From: an uncultured Actinomycetota bacterium
GTDB lineage: Bacteria > Actinomycetota > Actinomycetes > JAHEKZ01
Assembly (NCBI GenBank): GCA_963743915.1
Contig: CAVURN010000001.1
Span: forward strand, 862,683 to 926,682
Reading direction: 5' to 3'
Length of the DNA: 64,000 nucleotides
Shown in pieces: positions 9,742 through 18,650 of this stretch; positions within the stretch are counted from its first letter, which is position 1; each line of letters starts with the position of its first letter. Position numbers and translations under genes: made by a program. The notes beneath the pieces were generated by a model. That model was not told the origin of the DNA. It did not search any database and was given only the letters and a program-made list of their open reading frames with translations.

Positions 9742-11160
9742 ATGGACGTTCCTTGGCGAACGCTTGTCTGGGTACTGAGGGCTGGTCACTCGGCGATGCT
9801 GCTCCTGCACGATGACGGTCGCGTTCGCTGGGGCAATCGGGCCGCTCGACGGCTGTTCGCAGACGCCCGGCTCCGCACAGGTGCCTTCTCCGATCTGTTC
9901 AGCGACTCAGTCGCAGCGACCGCGTTCCTCAATGCGGTGCGGGCCGCCCCGATCGGCTACAGCGCAGGATGGCGCACTTTGCACCGCCATCGTGATGGAT
10001 GGGTTCAGGAGTTCTTCGTAGAGGCCAGCCGCATCGATGACCCCGAAGGCACCGGCATCCTGGTCACGGTGACCTCCCCTCCAGTGGAGATGCTCGAAAC
10101 CGACTCGCTGACCGGCTGCCGAACTCGCCGCGCCCTGGATCGCGATCTCGCCGCGGTCAACGGGGTCGGCTGCCTGGCGTTCGCAGACCTTGACGGCATG
10201 AAATCCGTCAATGAGACCTACGGACACGTCGCAGGCGACATGGTCCTGATCCATGTCGCTGACCGGCTGCGTCGCAGCCTTGCCGGTGAAGGAGCGGTCT
10301 ATCGGATCGGTGGTGATGAGTTCGCCATCGTGCTGAACACGCCCGATGTGAAAGTTGCGAACAATCAGGTGCGGGCAGCCCTTCACGAGATGTCCCAGCC
10401 GGTGGAGGTCCAGCCTGGGATAGAGAAGGTCATCACAGCAGGGGTGGGAATCGTTTCCCTGGAGTCAAAGTCACGCATCGAAGCCATGCGTGAGGCAGAC
10501 ATCGCGCTGTATCACGGCAAGGCCCATGGGCCCAACACCGTGGTGGTCGGGAGTGATCTGCCGGAATGGGCCCGTGACCGCAGGTCGCTTGTCCTGACTG
10601 CGGCGAATCTGGCCGAGGAGCGCGATCGCCTCGCCGAACTGGCCCGAACCGACCCGCTCACCGAGCTGGCCAACCGTCTGGCGCTCAACGAGGATTCGTT
10701 CCGCTTGTTCACCACAAGCCGACGCAACGGCCGACCGTACTCGGTGCTCTTCGTCGACATTGACCTCTTCCACCACTACAACAAGAACCACGGCGATGCA
10801 GCAGGCGACAAGGCGCTCATCGAGGTGGGCAGGATCATGCAGTCGGTCTGTCGATCGGAAGATCGTGTCTTCCGCAAAGGCGGCGAGGAGTTCATCGTGC
10901 TGCTTCCTGAGACTAGCCTCGCCGAGGCCGCCGCAATCGCAGAGCGTCTACGTCTTGCGGTGTTCGAGCGACAGATTCCGCATGAGAAGCGCCCAGACGG
11001 CGCGGAGATTCTCACGGTGGTCGTAGGCGTCGCCGAGAGCGAAGAAGCCGACCAGAAACCAGAGCAAGTGTGGGAGCGGGCTGCTGCCCCACTGATGGCG
11101 GTCAAGCGCGACCCAGCCGCCCCGAGGAACTGCGTCCGAGTTCACGGCGTTCAGGGGTAG
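9742..11160 (+). CDS. PAS-like - GGDEF - GGDEF tandem diguanylate cyclase
   Basis: Domain 1: TDSLTG...ADLDGMKSVNETYGHVAGD...YRIGGDEF...ADIALYHGK. Domain 2: TDPLTELANR...VDIDLFHHYNKNHGDAAGD...RSED...FRKGGEEF. Confidence 0.92.
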   Translation: MDVPWRTLVWVLRAGHSAMLLLHDDGRVRWGNRAARRLFADARLRTGAFSDLFSDSVAATAFLNAVRAAPIGYSAGWRTLHRHRDGWVQEFFVEASRIDDPEGTGILVTVTSPPVEMLETDSLTGCRTRRALDRDLAAVNGVGCLAFADLDGMKSVNETYGHVAGDMVLIHVADRLRRSLAGEGAVYRIGGDEFAIVLNTPDVKVANNQVRAALHEMSQPVEVQPGIEKVITAGVGIVSLESKSRIEAMREADIALYHGKAHGPNTVVVGSDLPEWARDRRSLVLTAANLAEERDRLAELARTDPLTELANRLALNEDSFRLFTTSRRNGRPYSVLFVDIDLFHHYNKNHGDAAGDKALIEVGRIMQSVCRSEDRVFRKGGEEFIVLLPETSLAEAAAIAERLRLAVFERQIPHEKRPDGAEILTVVVGVAESEEADQKPEQVWERAAAPLMAVKRDPAAPRNCVRVHGVQG

Positions 11161-11177
11161 CAGTGGGATCAGAGCAC

Positions 11178-11447
11178 ATGTGGGCGTATGAGTGTCCCGT
11201 CCATTGCCGAAGGGGATGTCACTCCGCGTATCGAGGCTGTGGTGGACCCACCTACGGGCTCGTGTTCGACAAGATCCCGGGTCAAGGCGTGGTCAGTTAC
11301 ACAGTCTGCAAAGCGCACTACGGTCCAGGCATCGTCCGAGTGACCCCCGTTGAACCGTGGTACGACAACAAGCGCATCTATGACCGGCCCGGACCGAAGA
11401 CGTGCGAATGCTCGAACCCGGACGAGTTCGCCCGAGGCCGTTACTGA
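11178..11447 (+). CDS. Small Cys/His-rich hypothetical protein A (89 aa)
   Basis: ECPVHC...C-x22-CKAH...TCEC; starts 17 nt after the cyclase stop; TGATG overlap with the next ORF. Confidence 0.55.
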   Translation: MWAYECPVHCRRGCHSAYRGCGGPTYGLVFDKIPGQGVVSYTVCKAHYGPGIVRVTPVEPWYDNKRIYDRPGPKTCECSNPDEFARGRY

Positions 11448-11899
11448 TGGCCGAGATCGACGACGAGGCCTGCCCCATCCATTGCTCCGGAGGGATCATT
11501 AAATGCCGCCGCCCACCCGTCGCCACAGGCATCGGACCCGGCATTGGTTCAGGCTCCGCTTCTCGCTCTCTATGTGCCAACCACGTGAAGGGATGGTTAC
11601 GCGCCATTCGACGAGGACGGGACTATCGAACGATCTGGGGGTGGCTTTCGTGGCCAGGCTGGCAGGCAAGCGATGAGACGTGGGTTGTCTGGGGGATCAT
11701 CCATTGCGACACCTGCTGCTGCGACCGGTCCAACCTTCCGCTGCTTCGCGGCCCGATCGTGCCATGGGAACGACCCGGCACTCCGTACGAGGGCGTGCGG
11801 CAGGGAAAGATTGAGGTTGGCGTGCTCGGGGACAGGCCTGACGGTAGGCGCGGACTATGCGAGCCGGGAAGAGTGCCCTATCCACCGCCGGTGGGGTGA
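11447..11899 (+). CDS. Small Cys/His-rich hypothetical protein B (paralog of A)
   Basis: ACPIHC...C-x22-CANH...TCCC; ATG overlaps the stop of A. Confidence 0.55.
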   Translation: MAEIDDEACPIHCSGGIIKCRRPPVATGIGPGIGSGSASRSLCANHVKGWLRAIRRGRDYRTIWGWLSWPGWQASDETWVVWGIIHCDTCCCDRSNLPLLRGPIVPWERPGTPYEGVRQGKIEVGVLGDRPDGRRGLCEPGRVPYPPPVG

Positions 11900-12122
11900 A
11901 TGGGGGCGCGTTGGCGCCGCAACGAAAGGGGGGGTGATGCACCGAGAGATGAAGCGCCCCGAGTCCTTCTCCGAGATTGCCGACGATTGGTCGGCGATCT
12001 GTTGGCATATCTCAGGTGTACCTGCCTATCGCCATCCGGTGGGAACGAACTCCGCTACTAAGGAAGAGGAAGCCAGGAAGGCAGGGCGTTCTCCTACCAT
12101 TGCCATCTCAGGCAGACCGTGA
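11857..12122 (+). pseudogene. Degenerate third copy of the CP[VI]H module (start uncertain)
   Basis: ECPIHRRWG at 11871 resembles ECPVHCRRG of A; later ICWH; no clean in-frame start. Confidence 0.3.
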
Positions 12123-12156
12123 CGACCGTACTCACCCACCGACCAGGGGAGATGTC

Positions 12157-12393
12157 ATGAACGACGTGAGCTTGGCGGCGTTGATCTCCGCATGCGGAAC
12201 CGTGGGGGCCTTCATGCTCGTGTACCACCTCGGTAAGCGGGTCGGACGCCGAGAAGAACGAACTGAACGCCACTTGCGCATGGCGAGAGAGGACAAACTC
12301 CAACGACTGCGCGAACTTACCTGGCACCAGGAGCGCGCCTGGCACCAGGAACACGGCCGCTCGTCAACCCCCGATACACCGTGGCGCGACTGA
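12157..12393 (+). CDS. Small single-TM hypothetical protein
   Basis: AGGGGAG RBS; hydrophobic SLAALISACGTVGAFMLVYHLG followed by a charged tail. Confidence 0.55.
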   Translation: MNDVSLAALISACGTVGAFMLVYHLGKRVGRREERTERHLRMAREDKLQRLRELTWHQERAWHQEHGRSSTPDTPWRD

Positions 12394-12410
12394 GCAGCCA
12401 CTGCTCAGTC
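12388..12410 (+). terminator. 10-bp stem-loop over the stop codon of the last island gene
   Basis: GACTGAGCAG-CCA-CTGCTCAGTC. Confidence 0.45.
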
Positions 12411-12486
12411 CAGGATTCTGCACCGCACAGCGCTCGTGACCTGCACGTTTGCCGAGCACGGTCGTACAGCGCTCGGGCGTTTCGAG

Positions 12487-12508
12487 TGCGCGACTATCTG
12501 GACTAAGG
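12487..12508 (+). repeat. 22-bp direct repeat copy 2 (putative att site)
   Basis: TGCGCGACTATCTGGACTAAGG, identical to 8850-8871. Confidence 0.9.
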
Positions 12509-12607
12509 TCCGGCGCGGCCAGTACCACGCCGTCACGATTGGCTGTCAGCAGGTTGCGCCCATCCATCTGCCAGGAACGGCTGCTGGGGATACAGCTGGT
12601 CGCAGCG

Positions 12608-13522
12608 TTAGGAGAAGATGGAGACGCGACGCACCTCGTCGGGGGCCGGGTGAGTGAGCGAGTCTGCAGATCCGCCCTCTGCGTACTCCACGCGGTACTC
12701 AGCCGCTCTCAGGCCGTCGAGCATGCCTTCGATCATGGTGTTCGTGTCGACCTTCGTCACCTCGACGTCCTTGCCGCTGAAGCTCAACGATTGGGGGAGC
12801 CCGTTCTCGATCACGGTCATGACCGCAGTGGTTCCCTCGTACGCCTCCTGCGGCAGGGAACCCCCGAAGTCAGTTCCCAAGAGCCTGAGGGCAAGGCCGC
12901 TGGGGAGGCTCCCGTGGATCGTCGTGGTCGAGCCGGTCTGCTCAGCTGCGATCGGCTCGAACTCCGCCAGACCAGCGATCCACTGCTCCTCAAGGTTGGA
13001 CTCGACCTTCTCGGTGGTGTCGGTGATGTCAGCGGTGATGTCGGACCACTTGGTCGGTGGCCCCGCGATTCTCTGCCATCGTGCGTAGTAGCGACCCTCG
13101 ACATGGAGGTACTCGATCAACGTGTCGCCCGCTGGATCGTCGGCACGAGAGGAAGCGTGAAAGGCACCGGTCGCCGGCATCCAGAGGATCTCCGCGAGCA
13201 TCGGGATCGGGAGGTCCCACGACCCTTGGTCGTTGTGCATCGTGACATCGACCGCCTCCAGGTGGTTCATGGCCGCCATGGCATCGGCCAGCTGACGTTC
13301 AGCAGCTGCACTGTCGAGCTGGACCGTCTCGCCCTCCGGGGGCGTGGTGGCACTCGACGGCACTGCGGTCGGCGATGCTGGTGTCGACTGGGTCCCTGCG
13401 TCCACTGAGGCTGCGATGTCAGTCGGGCTCGTGGGTGACTCAGCCTCCCCGCACCCTGCGGTCAGGCCAGCTGTCAGGACCGCCATGGCAGCGACGGAGC
13501 GCAAGCGTCCGGGCATGGTCAT
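12608..13522 (-). CDS. Hypothetical lipoprotein (possibly LolA/LppX-like fold)
   Basis: Signal peptide ending in lipobox LTAG-C, S/T/P-rich linker, then a globular domain; start approximate. Confidence 0.6.
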   Translation of the reverse strand: MTMPGRLRSVAAMAVLTAGLTAGCGEAESPTSPTDIAASVDAGTQSTPASPTAVPSSATTPPEGETVQLDSAAAERQLADAMAAMNHLEAVDVTMHNDQGSWDLPIPMLAEILWMPATGAFHASSRADDPAGDTLIEYLHVEGRYYARWQRIAGPPTKWSDITADITDTTEKVESNLEEQWIAGLAEFEPIAAEQTGSTTTIHGSLPSGLALRLLGTDFGGSLPQEAYEGTTAVMTVIENGLPQSLSFSGKDVEVTKVDTNTMIEGMLDGLRAAEYRVEYAEGGSADSLTHPAPDEVRRVSIFS

Positions 13523-13613
13523 GGTCACCCCCGTCGCTGTCGAGGGGCCCAGGGTACGCGCGAGGTGCCGTGAGTTGGAGCGGAATCGCGCACTCGAAGA
13601 GCAGGATTGGCGC

Positions 13614-14306
13614 ATGGTGACTGCAGCGGTCCGCCGCGTCGACTTCGGGCACTTCGTCCGTCCGGTCCGGGAGACGGGTACGGGGGCTCCACGTGTCGAG
13701 GCCCTGCTGGGGTACGTGGTCGAGCATTCCGGTGGCGTTCTCCTCTTCGACACGGGGATGGGGAGCCGTGCCGATGTCGACGCGCACTACCGCCCGACAC
13801 GAACGGGTCTACCGCAAGCCTTGCGAACAGTCGGGTACCGGCTCGATGAGATCACCGAAGTAGCCAACTGTCACCTTCACTTCGATCACTGCGGCGGCAA
13901 CCCAGTGCTCGCCGGGCGACCGTTCTTCGCCCAGGCCACCGAGCTGGAGGTGGCCAGGCACGCGGAGGGCTACACAATCGAAGGACTCGTGGACCCAACG
14001 GGGTGCCGTTGGCAGGAGCTGGACGGCGAGACAGAGATCTTGCCCGGCGTCACGCTCATCCCGACACCCGGGCACACGGATGGCCACCAGTCGCTCGTGG
14101 TCCGCGGCCGCGATGGAGTCGTCATCGTCGCGGGACAGAGCCACGAGAGTGCGAGTGGGTTCGCGAGTGATGTCCTCGCCCTGAGGGCACACCGCGACGG
14201 CGTCAGCGAGCCCTTGCCGGTTGCTCCTGAGTGGATGTCGGTGCTCCTGGCGATGGATCCCGCATACGTCGTATTCGCGCACGACCACTCAATCTGGAGG
14301 CCCTGA
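13614..14306 (+). CDS. N-acyl-homoserine lactonase-family MBL-fold metallohydrolase
   Basis: LLFDTG, CHLHFDHCGG (HxHxDH), TPGHTDGHQS, VFAHD. Confidence 0.85.
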   Translation: MVTAAVRRVDFGHFVRPVRETGTGAPRVEALLGYVVEHSGGVLLFDTGMGSRADVDAHYRPTRTGLPQALRTVGYRLDEITEVANCHLHFDHCGGNPVLAGRPFFAQATELEVARHAEGYTIEGLVDPTGCRWQELDGETEILPGVTLIPTPGHTDGHQSLVVRGRDGVVIVAGQSHESASGFASDVLALRAHRDGVSEPLPVAPEWMSVLLAMDPAYVVFAHDHSIWRP

Positions 14307-14864
14307 CCGAATCCGCTCGCCGGGGCGGTTGAAGATGCTGATCAGCTCTACGGGTCCGGCTCCCGTGCTGCCGAACCAGTGCGGCACCTGGGTGTCGAAC
14401 TCAGCGGCCTCACCGACCGCCAGGACGCGGTCTTCCTCGGCCACGATGAGGCGCAGTGCTCCGGACAGCACAAAGAGCCACTCGTTGCCCTCGTGGCTTC
14501 GCCGACGAGGTTCGGACAGGCTGGAAGGGATGACGATCTTCCAGGCCTGGACCGCGTTCGGTTCTGTGGTCAGCGGAATCACCGTTCGCTCCTTCACGCG
14601 GCGGGGGCGCATCCAGATGCGCGGATCGCCGCTGTCGGGAGCACCCACAAGGTCGTCCAGCGGGATGCGATACGTCCATGCAAGGGGAAGAAGGAGCTCG
14701 AGACTGGGTCGTCGCTGACCGGTCTCGAGACGTGACAGCGTGCTCTTGGAGATGCCGGTCGCCTCGGACGCCTCGACGAGCGTCAGACCGCGAGTCTTCC
14801 GGATACCGCGGAGCCGGCGACCGACGCCGGTGAGGGAAGCATCGATCTGGCTAGCCTGATCCAT
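14289..14864 (-). CDS. XRE-family HTH + cupin transcriptional regulator
   Basis: TGISKSTLSRLETGQRRPSLELL; HEGNEWLFVLSG...FDTQVPH. Confidence 0.92.
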   Translation of the reverse strand: MDQASQIDASLTGVGRRLRGIRKTRGLTLVEASEATGISKSTLSRLETGQRRPSLELLLPLAWTYRIPLDDLVGAPDSGDPRIWMRPRRVKERTVIPLTTEPNAVQAWKIVIPSSLSEPRRRSHEGNEWLFVLSGALRLIVAEEDRVLAVGEAAEFDTQVPHWFGSTGAGPVELISIFNRPGERIRSGPPD

Positions 14865-14883
14865 GGGGTCATTCCATCGGTTC

Positions 14884-14901
14884 GTTCCCAGGAATGGCAA
14901 C
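14884..14901. promoter_or_regulatory. Imperfect inverted repeat between the divergent XRE regulator and oxidoreductase (candidate operator)
   Basis: GTTCCCA-GGAA-TGGCAAC. Confidence 0.3.
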
Positions 14902-14941
14902 AAACGTTGTTCACTGGCTGGGTCCCCAGCACGCTGGGCTC

Positions 14942-15876
14942 ATGGATGAATACGACGTCGTAGTGATCGGCGGAGGGGCCGCAGGGCTCTCGGCCGCGCT
15001 GGTGCTCTCCCGGGCACGCCGGGCGGTGGCCGTCGTGGACGGCGGAGCGCCGAGAAACGCCCCTGCAGCTCACATGCACGGGTACCTCTCCCGCGACGGC
15101 CTCCCACCCAAGGACCTCCTGGAGATCGGTCGCCGGGAGGTGCAGACGTACGGCGGAACTCTCCTCGACGACTCCATCGCTGACGCAGCGATCCGACCCA
15201 CGGGCCATGGGACACCCGCCTTCGAGCTGGCCAGAAGCGATGGGCCCACCCTGAGGGCGAGGCGGGTCCTGGTGGCCACCGGCCTTCGCGACGTCATCCC
15301 CGAGATCAAGGGAGCCCCCGAGCGGTGGGGACGAGACTTTCTCCACTGTCCGTACTGCCACGGGTACGAAGTCCGCGACCAGCCGTTGGCCGTCATCGGA
15401 GGCTCGGCAGAGGCAGTGCAGCATGCCTTGCTCATCCGCCAATGGTCCTCCGACGTCGTGCTCCTGACCCATGGAGAGGAGCTCACCTCGGAGTCAGAGC
15501 GACTGCTCGCCGCCAGAGGCGTCCCTGTTGTGCGTGGACCAGTAGATCGGCTCGTCGTGCAGGACGACCAGTTGGCCGCGGTTGAGCTTGCCGGCGGTCG
15601 CCAGGTGCCGGTGAAGGCAGCGTTCGTCCGCCCCAGCTTCGTGCCGAACGATGCCCTCCTCTCCGGTCACTGGGCTGCGAACGAGACGGCGCCGGTTGGG
15701 TCGTCACGGACCCGGTGGGTCGCACCTCGGTCGCAGGCGTGTGGGCGGCGGGGAACGTGGTCGACCCACGTGCCCAGGTGATCACTGCGGCTGGTCAAGG
15801 ATCGGCAGCCGCCATCGCACTGAACGCAGACCTCATCGAAGAGGACATCGCAAGAGCAGTCGCTGCCCGCGCCTAG
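14942..15876 (+). CDS. TrxB-like NAD(P)/FAD-dependent oxidoreductase (frameshift ~15662)
   Basis: VIGGGAAGLSAA, LVATG, HCPYCHGYE; the shifted frame gives GRTSVAGVWAAGNV to TAG 15876. Confidence 0.85.
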
Positions 15877-15928
15877 CTCTCCGTCAGCAATCGCAGTCGA
15901 CCAATCGCAAGAGTTGGGAGAAACCACC

Positions 15929-16198
15929 ATGCACAGCAATGCCCCGGCGGGCCCGTTGCCACCGCCCTCCAAGCACCAGATGGCCATGATGATCTGGCTC
16001 GCAGTGTTCCCCACGCTGCTGGCCTTGAACCTCACCGTGGGCAAGGTCATCGACGATCTGCCCATGACGGCGCGAACGTTCGTTCTCGCCACCATCGCGG
16101 TACCGATCGTCATCTATGGTCTGATGCCGCAGCTGCACCGTCTTCGGGCGCGACTCGTAGCGGCACGGACCTCTCCCTCGCGCGCGAGGGCTGCCTAA
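15929..16198 (+). CDS. Small two-TM membrane protein
   Basis: PPSKHQMAMMIWLAVFP...YGLMP; GGGAG RBS. Confidence 0.7.
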   Translation: MHSNAPAGPLPPPSKHQMAMMIWLAVFPTLLALNLTVGKVIDDLPMTARTFVLATIAVPIVIYGLMPQLHRLRARLVAARTSPSRARAA

Positions 16199-16369
16199 GA
16201 TTTCGCCGTGCGCTCCTGATTACGCGGCGTGACATTTGTGGTCCGTGCGGTGGAGTGAACCGTGGTTTTCCGGACGTTGGTCTCGCGTGATGTCACTCTC
16301 TGTGTTGGCGGGACGAGGTCCTGCTCTCGGGGCAGGGAATCGACGATCGGCCAACGACCAGGAGAATTC

Positions 16370-16729
16370 ATGAAGCGCTTCGCCATCTACACCGTGGCTG
16401 CGGCCACCGCACTGACCGGAACCGTGTTGCTCGGAACCGGTGCGCAGGCCACGACCGACCACTGCGACTCGACGCTCTACCCGAACAAGGTGGAGCTCGA
16501 CAACGGTGGCACCTCAGTCGACACCGGACTTGCTGAGGGCACGGAGGTCTGCATCAAGGCCGGCACGAAGACGGTCGTCGTGTTCGTCGACGGCGACGGG
16601 TTCATCACCCAGAGCACCATCAAGAACAAGCCCGGCAACGCCTTCCTCGGCATCAGCTACTACGCCTACGGGGACGAGGAGTGCGAGAACACCGACTCGT
16701 ACTCCGGCGACTGCGATGACCCTTCCTGA
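16370..16729 (+). CDS. Secreted hypothetical protein
   Basis: AGGAG RBS, signal peptide ending AQA, four Cys, acidic tail. Confidence 0.75.
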   Translation: MKRFAIYTVAAATALTGTVLLGTGAQATTDHCDSTLYPNKVELDNGGTSVDTGLAEGTEVCIKAGTKTVVVFVDGDGFITQSTIKNKPGNAFLGISYYAYGDEECENTDSYSGDCDDPS

Positions 16730-16740
16730 ATCGCGACGAC

Positions 16741-16772
16741 TGCCGGCTCCCTCAGCCTCGGGGGAGCCGGCA
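16741..16772 (+). terminator. Rho-independent-type hairpin
   Basis: TGCCGGCTCCC ... GGGAGCCGGCA 11-bp stem just after the stop codon. Confidence 0.6.
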
Positions 16773-16836
16773 ATCGCATGTCTGTGCCTGCCGCTGAAGG
16801 ATTGCCGTGGCGTGGGGACGGTGCCAGGGTGACCCG

Positions 16837-18650
16837 GTGACCGAAGACATCCCTCGCTGGGAACAACGCATCCGGGCTCCGCAGCTGCTCTCCTTCAGCC
16901 TGCTCGGCCCTCCCGTGTCCTGGGCCACCGACCGCTCCGATCGCGGAGTGCTGCTCTCGACACTGGGCGGTCGGGCGGAGGTCTTCGCCTTCGATGCGTC
17001 GTCGGTCCCGGCGTCCCTGACGAAGATCACCGACCGGCCCCAGGGCACCATGGGAGCAGCCATCTCTCCCGACGGCTCGGCGGTGTTCTGGTTCGACGAC
17101 AGTGCCGGAGACGAGGTGGGGCGTTGGCGGCGTCACGATCTGCGCGACGGTGCTGAGGTCACGCTGCTCCCGGAGCAGCCGGCGACGTACGGCGCGGGAA
17201 TCCACCCCTTGCCCGAGGGAGGCGCCGTTCTCGGACGCCTGCTCGACGAGGGATTCGAGATTAGCCGTCGTGGACGCCACCGGATCGGGTCGGGTGGCCT
17301 ACAGCCTCGGGGAGCCTGCCTTCCTGGTCGACGCCACCTCTGACGCCTCGCTGGCGTTGGTGGGCTTCGCCCCTGGCGGTGACTGGCTCCATCTGGGGGC
17401 TCGTGTCGTCCGGCTCTCCGACGGTGCGGTGATCGCGGAGCTGGCACGTGAGGGCAAGAACCTGGAGGCAGTCGGCTTCCACCCCAAAGACCCTTCGCGC
17501 GTGCTGCTGGGCCACGAGCCCGACAGCCGCGTGGTGCCGATGATCTGGGACACGACCACCGGGGCCTGCGGTGACGTGTCAACGGGGCTGGACGGCGACG
17601 TGTCGGCTCACTGGTCCCCGGATGGCACCGCTCTGCTCCTCACGGCGCTTCGCAATGCCCGGCACACCCTCCACCGGCTGGACCTCGAGTCCGGCCAGGT
17701 GACCGCAGTACCCCTCCCGACGGGATCAGTCTCGGTGGCCTCCGCCCGGCCCGACGGCTCGGTGCAGGCTCTGATGTCCAGCGCGGATCGTCCGACCTCG
17801 CTCATCCGCATCGACGAGCGACGGCGCGGTCACCGACCTCGTCTCCCTCCCGGGGGCGGCGCCACCCGAGAGCGTGGCCGCCGAGGACGTCTTCGCCGAA
17901 GGGCCGGACGGGCAGGTCCACGGCCTGCTGTACCGGCCGCGCGAGGGCGACTGCCCCGTACCCGACCGTGTTCGCGATCCACGGCGGCCCGACGGCGCAG
18001 GACTTCGACTCCTGGAACGACACCATTGCCGCCTACGTCGACCTGGGATACGCGGTCGTGCGGGTCAACTACCGGGGCTCGACCGGCTACGGGGCTGCCT
18101 GGCGTGACGCTCTGCACCGTCGCGTGGGCTTCATCGAGCTCGAGGACATCAGCGCGGTCCGCGAGGCCCTCGAGTCCGAGGGGATCGTCGACCCTGGCCG
18201 GGTGAGCATCGCCGGCGGTTCGTGGGGTGGGTACCTGACGCTGATGGCACTCGGACTGCAGCCGGAACGCTGGCGCTCAGGAGTGGCGCTGGTGCCCCTT
18301 GCCGACTGGTTCACCGCCACCGAGGACTCGCCCCCCTTCATGAAGGCGTACGACCGGTCGCTGTTCGGGGCGGGCATCGAGGAGATCCCCGACGTCTACC
18401 GTGACTCGTCACCGCTCACATACGCGGACAGGGTCACCGCACCCGTCTTCGTCACGGCCGGCGAGAACGACCCACGCTGCCCGGTCGACAGGTCGACCTG
18501 TACGTCGAGGCCCTGCGTAAGCGTGGTCACGACGTCCGCTACGACCGCCTCGAGACGGGTCATGCGATGCCGGACCTCGACATGAAGGTCACCGAGATCC
18601 GCCGCGTGCTGGAGTTCCTGACGGAGACGAACCCGAGCTCGACGGCATGA
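16837..18650 (+). CDS. S9 (prolyl oligopeptidase/acylaminoacyl peptidase) family serine peptidase (~4 frameshifts)
   Basis: Beta-propeller repeats (AAISPDG, WSPDG), IHGGP, VNYRGSTGYG, nucleophile GGSWGG, GENDPRC, ETGH. Confidence 0.85.

Larger units (their letters stand above)
8872..12508. mobile_element. Genomic island/remnant integrative element inserted at the 3' end of sigA (no integrase inside)
   Basis: Flanked by perfect 22-bp direct repeats; visibly more A/T-rich with atypical codons; cargo of HNH, diguanylate cyclase and orphan ORFs. Confidence 0.75.

Noticed and set aside
9742-11160. Possibility that the cyclase is a Hypr-type (cGAMP-making) GGDEF
   Set aside because: Both domains keep the guanine-binding Asp in the GD motif (VAGD, AAGD) rather than the Ser/Thr signature.
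8872-12508. Integron-like cassette array or CRISPR inside the island
   Set aside because: No regularly spaced repeats, attC cores, cas genes or integrase genes seen; only the terminal repeat pair and short motifs.
16181-16204. Weak resemblance (GCGCGA...CTAAG) to the sigA att repeat
   Set aside because: Too many mismatches to distinguish from chance.
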